A stretch of DNA of 64,000 nt, from positions 569,201-633,200 of the forward strand of contig CAWBQF010000001.1 of the NCBI GenBank assembly GCA_963791025.1. Direction: 5' to 3'. Positions 51,708 to 60,992 of this stretch are shown here, piece by piece. Position 1 is the stretch's first letter; each line of letters starts with the position of its first letter. The DNA is from an uncultured Chloroflexia bacterium. GTDB taxonomy: Bacteria; Chloroflexota; Anaerolineae; Anaerolineales; Anaerolineaceae. A program made the position numbers and the translations under genes. Below the pieces are notes generated by a model. That model was given only the letters and a program-made list of their open reading frames with translations, did not search any database and was not told the origin of the DNA.

Positions 51708-52669
51708 GACAGTGTAACCTGCGCTGCAAGATGTGCCCTATTCTGTTTCGAGAAGATAAACCGCTGGTTGGTTCCAGCAGAATGATGCAGTTTGAGTTGT
51801 ATCAGCGGTTGGTCGACCAGTTTACGAACATGGAGACCTTGCACCTACAAGGCCTGGGTGAACCAATGCTGCACCCACGCTTTTTTGATATGGTGGAATA
51901 TGCAGTTGCCAAGCGTGTTCGCGTTACTACAAACACCAACCTGACCCTATTAAACGACAAACGGGCACAACGATGTGTTACCTCCGGATTGGATACACTA
52001 CATTTTTCAATCGACGGCACGCGCGCTGAAACGTATGAAAATATCCGGGTGAACGCACATTTTGACAAAGTGATTGGCAACCTGGAACGGCTGGCCGCGG
52101 CGAAAGAGCACCTACAAAGCTCTCTGCCACACCTGCATATGGTTATGGTCATTATGCGGCAAAACCTGGAAGAACTGCCGGATCTGGTGCGGCTGGCAAG
52201 TCGATACGGCGCGGAAGAGGTCTTTGCACAGCAGCTCAGCCATGATTTTGATGATCCGGCTTTCAATCCGCGTTACAGGCCGCTGCATGACTATGTAAAT
52301 GAACAAAGTTTGATGTACGAAGACCCGCAACGGGTCGAAGATGTATTTAACCAGGCACGCCAACTGGCGAAGGAACTGGATGTGAAGCTGCGCCTTCCGC
52401 GCACACACCCCCGCCCTCACCCACCTGGCACGCCTGGCTCGGACCGGTGCGATTGGCCCTGGAGCAGTGCTTATATCAGCTTCCAGGGATACGCGATGCC
52501 CTGCTGCATGGCTGCTACGCCGGAAACCATCAACCTGGGTCTCGTTTCAGGAGATAACCTGGAAGAAGTATGGAACGGAGAAGCGTACCAGCGTTTCCGC
52601 GACCAACTCGCTTCTAATGAGCCTCCTGAAATCTGCCGGTTCTGTTCTATTTATAACGGTACTTTTTAA
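51622..52669 (+). pseudogene. radical SAM/SPASM-domain enzyme with a frame break six codons after the likely start
   Basis: The listed ORF starts at ATG 51731, which is the last Cys-box codon. The CxxxCxxC box (EPVGQCNLRCKMCP) lies upstream in the same frame, and that frame has no start codon back to its stop at 51623. ATG 51622 with an AGAGG SD reads MSLHQV then TAA, one base out of frame, at the T-run 51638-51640. C-terminal SPASM cysteines are CDWPW...MPCCMA...CRFCSIY. Confidence 0.65.
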
Positions 52670-52736
52670 AGTGAAATGCCACGATTGCTTCTATAAGCAA
52701 GCGTGGAACACAGCATCGTTGAAAACTGGAGAAGAA

Positions 52737-53594
52737 ATGATGAGTGTAGATATATTACTGCCGACAATTAACCGGTTACCCTCTTTAATTATGGCTTTGT
52801 CTGGGGTAGCTGGACAAACGTATTCCCACTTCCGCCTGATCGTATCCGATCAGAGTGACGAACCAGCCAGCGAGAATCAGGTGGTTCAGTCACTGAGAAG
52901 AGTTATTGAAGCGCGCGGTGGAACTGTTGACTGGCACTATCGGCCTTCCTCTCAAGGGATCGCAGAACAACGAGATTTCTTACTGAAACAAGCCACAGCG
53001 AAGTACGTACTTTACCTGGATGATGACGTCTGGATGGAGCCGCAGGTACTTGAAACTATGCTAAACACAATCGAAGAGCAGAAATGCGCCTTCGTGGGCG
53101 CTTTCCCCTCTGGATTGTCTTATCGAGATGATTTCCGACCAAAACAACAGTATATTGAGTTTTGGGAAGGACCTGTTGAGCCAGAAGCCGTCTGGCCTGA
53201 TACCCCTGAGTGGGATCGGAATGTGCTGCACCGGGCAGCGAATTTACATCATGTGGGCCTGCGGATTCCGAAAGGGGAACAATATCTATATAAAGTTGCC
53301 TGGATTGCAGCCTGCATCCTGTATAACCGCGAAAAACTGCTGGATGTAGGCGGCTTCTCCTTCTGGGAGCGTTTGCCGCGCTACCAATCGGGTGAAGAGG
53401 TGCTGGTACAAAACCTGCTGATGCGGCGCTGGGGAGGCTGCTCGCTGGTTCCGTCTGGCACATATTTCTCAGAGATGCCATCCACTGTTCTCAATGATAA
53501 GGGTACCGTAGATGGACATGCCCTGGAACTGCTGGATGAAATGGTCGAAAAGTATGCGGCCGAAACCACCGCAAAACCAGAGAAGGTGGCATGA
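52737..53594 (+). CDS. GT2-type glycosyltransferase, paralogue of 50804..51707
   Basis: VDILLPTINRLPSL, LYLDDD (DxD), and shared blocks FWEGPVEPE.., HRAANLHHV, LLDVGGFSFWE. ATG 52737 with a GGAG SD. Confidence 0.75.
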   Translation: MMSVDILLPTINRLPSLIMALSGVAGQTYSHFRLIVSDQSDEPASENQVVQSLRRVIEARGGTVDWHYRPSSQGIAEQRDFLLKQATAKYVLYLDDDVWMEPQVLETMLNTIEEQKCAFVGAFPSGLSYRDDFRPKQQYIEFWEGPVEPEAVWPDTPEWDRNVLHRAANLHHVGLRIPKGEQYLYKVAWIAACILYNREKLLDVGGFSFWERLPRYQSGEEVLVQNLLMRRWGGCSLVPSGTYFSEMPSTVLNDKGTVDGHALELLDEMVEKYAAETTAKPEKVA

Positions 53595-54748
53595 GTTTTG
53601 ACTTTGCAGAACCCGGATCAATGAATGAACATCGGGACTCTCGTCTGAAAAACGGGCGAGAGTCCCGGTTGGAATTTAGACCGGGGGCAGGCAGCCGGTA
53701 CGAGCGTTTGCCGGGGATTCGGAAAATTGCAGTGGTGCGCGCGAATGCCCTGGGTGACTTCGTGTTTGCGCTGCCAGCACTGCACGCACTGCAAGCAGCG
53801 TACCCGCAGGCAGAAATTGTGCTGTTAGGTAAGCGGTGGCATGAGGAGTTCCTGAAGGGCCGTCCAGGGCCGGTGACGCGAGTGGTCGTTGTGCCACCCT
53901 CTAAAGGAGTCAACGAACCCGCAGAGCATGAAAACCTGGCCGAACTGGATCGTTTTTTTACGGAGATGCAAGCCGAACACTTTGATCTAGCGCTGCAAAT
54001 GCACGGCGGCGGGCGCAACTCGAATCCTTTCACCCTGCGGCTGAGAGCCAGTTATACGGCTGGCATGAAAACCCCGGATGCGGCGGTGCTGGATCGCTGG
54101 ATGCCCTACATTTACTGGCAAAATGAAATCTCCCGGCTGCTGGAGGTGGTCAGCCTGGTAGGCGCTGCACCTATTATGCTCGAGCCACAGCTACAGGTTA
54201 CGCAGCGCGACCTGGATGAATCCTGCAAGGCCTTCCCGCAAAACGACCAACCGCTGGTCGTTCTGCACCCAGGCGCCTCGGATACACGCCGACGCTGGGC
54301 GCCTCAAAATTTTGCAGCCGTGGGAGACGTTCTTAGCAAAGAGGGTTATCTGGTAACCGTGGTAGGTATTCCTGATGAACAAGATGCGGTCAACGAGGTA
54401 CTGGAAGCCATGCAGCAGCCAGTTGTCGATTTATGTGGGAAGCTATCGCTGCATGGTTTAACTGGCTTACTGCGCCGCGCCAGCCTGATTGTGGCGAACG
54501 ATTCAGGGCCACGGCACTTAGCCGAGGCTGTCGGCACGCCGACGGTGGGCATTTACTGGTGCGGGAATGTGATCAACGCCGGTTCAGCATTTCGAACGAA
54601 GCACCGGCCTCACCTTTCCTGGCGGCTGGAGTGTCCAATTTGCGGGCGAAACACAATCCATGATCGCTGCGAGCATAATCCATCTTTTGTGGATGAAGTG
54701 CGGGTAGAAGAGGTAGTTGAATCAGCGCTGGACGTACTCCATCTTTAA
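53591..54748 (+). CDS. GT9-family (heptosyltransferase-like) glycosyltransferase
   Basis: IAVVRANALGDFVFALPALHAL, HPGASDTRRRW, NDSGPRHLAEAVGTPTVGIY and a C-terminal Cys cluster. The ATGA overlaps the previous stop. Confidence 0.8.
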   Translation: MSFDFAEPGSMNEHRDSRLKNGRESRLEFRPGAGSRYERLPGIRKIAVVRANALGDFVFALPALHALQAAYPQAEIVLLGKRWHEEFLKGRPGPVTRVVVVPPSKGVNEPAEHENLAELDRFFTEMQAEHFDLALQMHGGGRNSNPFTLRLRASYTAGMKTPDAAVLDRWMPYIYWQNEISRLLEVVSLVGAAPIMLEPQLQVTQRDLDESCKAFPQNDQPLVVLHPGASDTRRRWAPQNFAAVGDVLSKEGYLVTVVGIPDEQDAVNEVLEAMQQPVVDLCGKLSLHGLTGLLRRASLIVANDSGPRHLAEAVGTPTVGIYWCGNVINAGSAFRTKHRPHLSWRLECPICGRNTIHDRCEHNPSFVDEVRVEEVVESALDVLHL

Positions 54749-54805
54749 AGCCGGCTACCTGACTGGGAGACCACCAATCCAATTGAATTTTTCACTTTGG
54801 TTTCC

Positions 54806-55927
54806 ATGAATAACGACTGTATTGACCCAAAACCTTTCGATCTCATCGAATATACGCCTGAGTTTGATCCATTCGAACCAGGCTTGCTGCACAAGCTGCC
54901 ATACCAGCCAAAAAAAGTGGTTCTTATGCGGGCTTCACGGATTGGGGATTTTATTAATTCTACCCCTGCCTTTCAGACGCTGCGGGCTGCCCTGCCAGAA
55001 GCACAAATCGATGTAGTTACCCTTCCGATGTTAAAAGACCTGGCTGAGCGGAGTAGTGTGATCGATCACTATCTTCCTTTTCCAGGATATCCGGGGTTGG
55101 CAGACCAGTTTTTTAATGCGCGGAAAACGCTGGATTTCTTTGCGAAGATGCAGGCCCAGTCTTATGACCTGGCAATCCAGATGCAAGGTACAGGCGTCAA
55201 CTCCAATCCTTTTATGCTGATGTTGGGGGCGCGCTGGACGGTGGGGTTTGTTCGTCCTGATGACCCAGCCGGGCGGCTGGCAGCGGCAATGCCCTGGCCT
55301 GAAAGCGGACACGAAACAGAGCGAGTGCTGGCGCTAACCACGTTTCTCGGCGCGCCAACCCCAACCGGAATCCTACCCGAATTTCCGCTGCGGTCTTCTG
55401 ATCAGACCGAAGCGACGGAGTGGTTATCTCAGGCCTCACCCCCATGGATTGCCGTTCACATTGCAGCTCGTGACAGCACCCGACGCTGGCCAATGGAGCG
55501 ATTTACTGAGGCGGCAGTCAAGTTACAGCACAAGTATAGAGGCAGCGTGATCCTCCTGGGGGAAGCGCGCGACCGAGACAACTACGAGGACGCCTTCCAG
55601 CCTAGCGATGTTCCCTATCTCAACCTGGCAGGCTGCACTTCCCTGCCAGTCACTGGAGCCATCTTACAAAAAGCGGCGGTATTTCTGACGAACGACACAG
55701 GGCCGGCGCATATTGCTTATGCGGTAGGGGCACCGACTGTCACCATTTTTGGCGGCGGAGACCCAAAGCGGAATGGCCCCCTAACAGAGGGGCCGCACCG
55801 CATTCTGGCTCATCCAGTGGCGTGCCGCCCCTGTGAGTATGGCGTATGCCCCATCGGCAATTACTGCCTGGAACATATATCGGTTGAGCAAGTGGTGGCC
55901 GCAGCAGAGGAGATTTTTTCTGAATAA
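54806..55927 (+). CDS. GT9-family (heptosyltransferase-like) glycosyltransferase
   Basis: VVLMRASRIGDFINSTPAFQTL, HIAARDSTRRWP, NDTGPAHIAYAVGAPTVTIFG, CRPCEYGVCPIGNYCLEHISVEQV. Start is ATG 54806 or TTG 54797. Confidence 0.8.
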   Translation: MNNDCIDPKPFDLIEYTPEFDPFEPGLLHKLPYQPKKVVLMRASRIGDFINSTPAFQTLRAALPEAQIDVVTLPMLKDLAERSSVIDHYLPFPGYPGLADQFFNARKTLDFFAKMQAQSYDLAIQMQGTGVNSNPFMLMLGARWTVGFVRPDDPAGRLAAAMPWPESGHETERVLALTTFLGAPTPTGILPEFPLRSSDQTEATEWLSQASPPWIAVHIAARDSTRRWPMERFTEAAVKLQHKYRGSVILLGEARDRDNYEDAFQPSDVPYLNLAGCTSLPVTGAILQKAAVFLTNDTGPAHIAYAVGAPTVTIFGGGDPKRNGPLTEGPHRILAHPVACRPCEYGVCPIGNYCLEHISVEQVVAAAEEIFSE

Positions 55928-55962
55928 AGCGGTTATGATGGGGGAAGGAACTGATCTGGGTG

Positions 55963-55989
55963 CCGGCCGGTGGAGCAGGCGCCGGCCGG
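55963..55989. terminator. GC-rich hairpin between convergent genes
   Basis: ccggccgg (55963-55970) pairs with ccggccgg (55982-55989). No strong T-run. Confidence 0.35.
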
Positions 55990-56033
55990 ATCAAAAGCGA
56001 ACAGGAAATTAAAACCGGGCGTGAAGTCTGATA

Positions 56034-57539
56034 CTAATCCGCATATAGTTTGCGAATCCGTTCGATTACGCCGGTAGTGGAATGGTTTTCAATATAGGGC
56101 ACAATACGCACTTCGCCGCCTAAGCCCTCAACCACTGACGCTTCTGGCAGTGACTCGCGAGTGTAGTCGCCACCTTTCACATAGACATCTGGTTTGATCG
56201 CCTTAATGAGATTCATCGGAGTGTCTTCTGTAAAAGGAACGACATGATCCACGCAGCTAAGCCCGGAAAGAACCTTCAAGCGTTCTTCAAGCGAATTAAT
56301 GGGACGATCTGACCCTTTCAGGCGCTTGACGCTTTCATCCGTGTTCACGCCAATTACAAGAACATCTCCAAAGGACTTGGCTTGATTGAGATAGGCGACG
56401 TGGGCAGAATGGAGGATATCAAAACAGCCATTTGTAAACACAACCCGCTTGCCCTGCTGACGATATAAAGCTGCTCGTTCAGCAATCGAAGGGGTGTCTT
56501 CCACCATCTTCTCATCTCCAGAAAGGTAAGCTTTCAACTCTTCCACGCAGCAGGTCGCCTGTCCACTTCCTTTTACTACTAATGTAGCCGCTGCTGAAGC
56601 AATCTCAGCCGCTGCCGGGGCCTGAGCGCCAGCCGCTAAAGCCAGCGCCAACCCACTGATAAAAGCATCTCCGGCGCCATCTACCCGGTTAAACGGCATC
56701 TTATCGGCGTAGGTACGGTAAACCGCCCGGGATGGCAAACCACATTCACGTTCAAAGACCAGCGCGCCATCATCATCCAGCGTGATCGCGACCAGTTGGG
56801 TATCGATCATATTCAGGATCTTATCGCCAGCCTTCCATAACTTGCGCAGCCTTTCATTTGAGTTATTAAAACCATTCGAGTGACCATTGCCATTGTTAGA
56901 TGGCAGCAGGCTAAGCGCACTGTAGTAGCTGGGACGGATGGCTGCCAGTTGAAGAGAGCGGTAATGTTTTAGACGACGGGTATCGGCTACCAGGACGCAA
57001 GGACGCTCGCTTTGCATCTGACTGATCTTTTCCAGTAAACGGTCTGTCAGAAGTCCAGCGCCATAATCGGAAAGGATGACAACATCCATCAATGGGCAAA
57101 GCTCACGCAGATGTTCCATCAATAAGTCTTCCGTTTGCTCGCTGATGGGGTTTTTACTGCCCTGATCATAGCGAACCAACAAACGCGAATCGGCGTAAAC
57201 GCGGCGGCGCAGCATGGTTTTCCGGTCTCGCTTGCGCAGCACCCGATCTACGCCTATATGGTGAGAGCGGAGCATGTGCAAGATTGTTTCCCCCTCATAA
57301 TCTTTGCCGATAACAGAAAGAAAGGTTACCTCAGCGCCCAGATGGCTCGCGTTTACAGCCACGTTGGCTGCGCCCCCTGGCACTTCTTGGATATCGCCTG
57401 CGTGTATCACCGGAGCAGGCGCTTCCAGGCTCAAGCGATCCGCTTTTCCTTTCACATAGGATTTTAGAATTGATTCCCCTACAACCAGCACCCGTAACTT
57501 CGAGAACTGATCTGTAATCGCAAATAAGTTATTGTTCAT
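56034..57539 (-). CDS. hldE: bifunctional heptose 7-phosphate kinase / heptose 1-phosphate adenylyltransferase (HldE/RfaE-like)
   Basis: N-terminal PfkB-type sugar kinase (VLVVGESILKSY, GGAANVA, DGAGDAF). C-terminal cytidylyltransferase-like domain (VFTNGCFDILHSAHVAYL...RPINSLEERL...VKGGDY). Confidence 0.8.
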   Translation of the reverse strand: MNNNLFAITDQFSKLRVLVVGESILKSYVKGKADRLSLEAPAPVIHAGDIQEVPGGAANVAVNASHLGAEVTFLSVIGKDYEGETILHMLRSHHIGVDRVLRKRDRKTMLRRRVYADSRLLVRYDQGSKNPISEQTEDLLMEHLRELCPLMDVVILSDYGAGLLTDRLLEKISQMQSERPCVLVADTRRLKHYRSLQLAAIRPSYYSALSLLPSNNGNGHSNGFNNSNERLRKLWKAGDKILNMIDTQLVAITLDDDGALVFERECGLPSRAVYRTYADKMPFNRVDGAGDAFISGLALALAAGAQAPAAAEIASAAATLVVKGSGQATCCVEELKAYLSGDEKMVEDTPSIAERAALYRQQGKRVVFTNGCFDILHSAHVAYLNQAKSFGDVLVIGVNTDESVKRLKGSDRPINSLEERLKVLSGLSCVDHVVPFTEDTPMNLIKAIKPDVYVKGGDYTRESLPEASVVEGLGGEVRIVPYIENHSTTGVIERIRKLYAD

Positions 57540-57857
57540 AAAAGTAATTTTCCTGTAAATCTTAGAGCAGAAGCTTGGATAACCTTTGGCTGAGAAGCTT
57601 AGTCACAAAAATTGTCGAGAACCATCCAAACTTCAGGGTAAGAAAATCTAACCATAATTCCCTGCATCCTTTAGAGTAGAAGAAGAAGAGCTTTTGAACA
57701 AGACAGGAGGCTCCTAAGCGGAGAGTAGGGTTTTCCCTGTTTATAATCTGGTAATTCACCTATAATTCATTACAAATTGTTCTTTAATCCGCACCTCACA
57801 AAGGAAACGGTAACTTTTCGCATATTTTCGGCGTCGTCGAAAACAGGAGGAAGAAGC

Positions 57858-58670
57858 ATGACTCTTTCAAGCGTACAGTTAGGAAGCCTTGAGACCAGCA
57901 AGATGGTGATTGGCGGCAATCCTTTTAGTGGGTTTTCGCACCAGACACCGGAAATAGATCGTGAAATGGTGCGGTACTTTACGACTGATCGGATTAAAGA
58001 AACGCTGCACCAGGCCGAAGCTTTAGGCGTGAATGCTTTTCTCGGGCGGGCTGACCGCCATATTGTGCGGGTGCTTGCAGAGTACTGGGAGGAAGGCGGC
58101 AAAATCCGCTGGATTGCACAAACCTGCCCGGAACTTGGCTCGCCAACGGCGGGAGTACTGGCAGCGATTAAAGGCGGGGCAAGCGCGGTATATCTGCATG
58201 GTGGGCAGATGGACTTCCTCTACGCGCAGAACCGGTTAGAAGAAGCCTGTCAGGCGATTGAGAAGATTAAAGCAGCCGGGCTACCAGCCGGAGTGGCTGC
58301 CCACCAGCCGGAGGTGCATGTATGGGCTAACGAACATTTGGAGGGAGTTGATTTCCATATGTGCTCTTACTACAACCCTACCCCACGCGACCAGCACGCT
58401 GAACACCGGGCCGAGTTGCGGGAGGTCTTTTCTCATGAGGATCGGGCGCGCATGACGGACGTTATTCGGGACCTACGCCGTCCAGTCATCCACTACAAAA
58501 TCTTTGCGGCGGGGCGTAATGATCCAGCCGATGCCTTTGCTTACACTGCCCAACACCTGCGCCCACAAGATGCAGTGTGTGTTGGAATTTACCCTAAAGA
58601 CAAACCCAATATGCTCCAGGAAGATCTGGATTTGCTAGAGAAAAGTCTTGAACGACAACCCCAGCACTAG
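57858..58670 (+). CDS. hypothetical protein (no recognised motifs)
   Basis: AGGAGG SD before ATG 57858 and coding-like composition. The ORF opens at 57777. Confidence 0.6.
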   Translation: MTLSSVQLGSLETSKMVIGGNPFSGFSHQTPEIDREMVRYFTTDRIKETLHQAEALGVNAFLGRADRHIVRVLAEYWEEGGKIRWIAQTCPELGSPTAGVLAAIKGGASAVYLHGGQMDFLYAQNRLEEACQAIEKIKAAGLPAGVAAHQPEVHVWANEHLEGVDFHMCSYYNPTPRDQHAEHRAELREVFSHEDRARMTDVIRDLRRPVIHYKIFAAGRNDPADAFAYTAQHLRPQDAVCVGIYPKDKPNMLQEDLDLLEKSLERQPQH

Positions 58671-58695
58671 GTCAACCCAGTCAGGCGAGACGGAT

Positions 58696-59346
58696 ATGCG
58701 CTTTATCCGCCCTTTTCAACGGAACGACCGGGCGGCTCTGCTGGAGATTGGCGCAGCGACAGCCTTCTTTGGCGCGCCAATTGAAGCCTATCTAGAAGAC
58801 CGGCGCGCCTTTCAAGATGCTTTTTATGCTTACTATACGGATTATGAGCCAGAACATACCTGGGTAGCCTGTACTACCTCAAATCAAGAGAAGGTCATTG
58901 GCTTTTTAACGGGGTGTACAGATCCCGGGCGTTACGGGCAAGTGACGCGCATGAAAATCCTGCCGGGTGTATTTTGGAACCTGATCCGTGGGAAGTACCG
59001 GACGGGACCAAAAACCTGGGCGTACATCAGGGCGCTGGTGAGTGGCGGCATACGCCACGAGTTTCCATCAGCGGATGAAGCGTTATACCCGACCCATTTA
59101 CACATCAATCTGCTGCCAGATTACCGAGGGCAAGGGTTAGGAAGGCAGCTGATTGAGCACTACCTGAACCAGCTGCGTTCCTTAAACTTGCCAGGAGTTC
59201 ATCTGCATACCACAAACCTGAACCGGGCAGCCTGTCACTTGTATGAAAAGACTGGCTTCAACTTATTAGATGCACGGCCCACCCAGGTGTGGAAACGGTG
59301 GGTGCAAGAACCAGTGGAAAACCGGTGCTACGGGCAGCGCCTGTGA
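58696..59346 (+). CDS. GNAT-family N-acetyltransferase
   Basis: YRGQGLGRQLIEH acetyl-CoA-binding motif and ACHLYEKTGF. Confidence 0.75.
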   Translation: MRFIRPFQRNDRAALLEIGAATAFFGAPIEAYLEDRRAFQDAFYAYYTDYEPEHTWVACTTSNQEKVIGFLTGCTDPGRYGQVTRMKILPGVFWNLIRGKYRTGPKTWAYIRALVSGGIRHEFPSADEALYPTHLHINLLPDYRGQGLGRQLIEHYLNQLRSLNLPGVHLHTTNLNRAACHLYEKTGFNLLDARPTQVWKRWVQEPVENRCYGQRL

Positions 59347-59367
59347 GCTATGGCTTTTCTAGCGTCC

Positions 59368-60615
59368 TTAATGGGGTTCTGTCTCTAGATGATCCTGAGC
59401 GTGGGAGGCACTTTCGCCTGAGATCGTAGAGTGTCTTTGACCGGCAAACAAGAAGCGGAGCAGCGGTGGGGTGATCAGCGTGGTGAGAATAATCATGCCG
59501 ACAATGGCTGAAAACTCCTCCTGCAAGACCAGGCCTTCTTGAATACCGACGCTGGCGACAATCAGTCCAACTTCACCGCGAGAAATCATCCCAGCCCCCA
59601 GTTGAAGCGATTCACGCCCAGAGAACCCTCCTAGCAAAGCGCCCACCCCAGAGCCGAGGAGTTTACCGATTATCGCTACAAACGTAACCACCAGAAGCAG
59701 CCACAACGCATTCAAGTTCATCTCTCGCAGGTTAATTTCCAACCCAATACTGACGAAAAAGATGGGAACAAATAGACTGTAAGCCACAGCCCTGATGCCG
59801 TTCTCTAAAGCTGGTTTCTCTGCGGAACGCGCAAACATTAACCCGGCCAAAAAAGTGCCCGTGATGGCAGCCATACCGCCGATTAATTCGGCAGCTAACC
59901 CATACACCAGCAGCGTCACTAACGCCAGGCTGAGCACGTTCTGACTGATGGGCAATTTTTTAACCCGGTCAACCAGACCAGGCAGCAGCCAAAACCCAAA
60001 CGCAGCCCCAACCGAAAGAAACACGATCATCCGTAAAAGGATGAGAGCAACTGCGCCGATGCCAGTGCTGCCACTAATGAGCGCCAAAAAGGTGGAAAGC
60101 AGCAGAATCACCAGGACATCATCGAACACGGCGGAACCTAACAATCCCAGACCCACACGACTGCGAATGACGCCGAGTTCAATTAAAGTTTGGGCGGAAA
60201 TACTGACACTGGTGGCCCCAAGAACCAGGCCGAGGAACAGCGCCATTTCGAAATGCATCCCAAACAGAAACCCTGTCCCTAAACCCAAACCGACCGGGAT
60301 AAAAACCCCTAAGATACCAGCAAAAGCCGCCACACGGGTATTTTTGACCAACTCAGAAAGGTGCAGTTCGAGGCCAGCCACAAACATAAGCAGCAGCACC
60401 CCTAACTCCCCTAATTCGACCAGGGTCTCTTCCAGGTGCGTGTTGGTGATAAACGGAAGGTGTGTCAGATCAATCAGCGAGGGACCAAGGATGAGACCCA
60501 CCAACAGTTCACCTAACACAGATGGCTGCCCAAAGCGTACACTAATATAGCCGCCAATTTTGGCGGATAAAACAATTACCGCGAGCGCAAAAATTAATTG
60601 TAAGAAAGGTGTCAT
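59368..60615 (-). CDS. cation:proton antiporter (CPA2-type)
   Basis: 415 aa, about 12 hydrophobic helices. N-terminal QPSVLGELLVGLILGPS is typical of Kef/NapA-type exchangers. Confidence 0.8.
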   Translation of the reverse strand: MTPFLQLIFALAVIVLSAKIGGYISVRFGQPSVLGELLVGLILGPSLIDLTHLPFITNTHLEETLVELGELGVLLLMFVAGLELHLSELVKNTRVAAFAGILGVFIPVGLGLGTGFLFGMHFEMALFLGLVLGATSVSISAQTLIELGVIRSRVGLGLLGSAVFDDVLVILLLSTFLALISGSTGIGAVALILLRMIVFLSVGAAFGFWLLPGLVDRVKKLPISQNVLSLALVTLLVYGLAAELIGGMAAITGTFLAGLMFARSAEKPALENGIRAVAYSLFVPIFFVSIGLEINLREMNLNALWLLLVVTFVAIIGKLLGSGVGALLGGFSGRESLQLGAGMISRGEVGLIVASVGIQEGLVLQEEFSAIVGMIILTTLITPPLLRFLFAGQRHSTISGESASHAQDHLETEPH

Positions 60616-60992
60616 GTCTTAGGATCCTATTCTATCTCCTGAGGCAATGGCAGATTCTTGGCGCCAGGGCTGGCGCTGCTTGCTGCCTGACAGAGGTAAC
60701 CAATTTTTAAAATGCAGCGCACAACCTATTGCTTTTTGTGTGAAACCTGCTATAATTCTAATTGTTCCTGGCCTGGATGCCCCCCTCATCCGGGCCAGGA
60801 ACTCTTTAACCTACTTCAGGTCCATGCCCCCAAAACGTCATTTCACAAATGTTGCAGATAATCTTAGCATAGTTTGTCGCTAAAATCGACTTTTTACGCT
60901 CAAAACTCGCCCCAAGAAGCAGCGAAAGATTGTACAAAGCAGGCAAGCAGAGCGTAAAATCAATCTTAGTCCATTCTAAAGGAGCTGCGATT

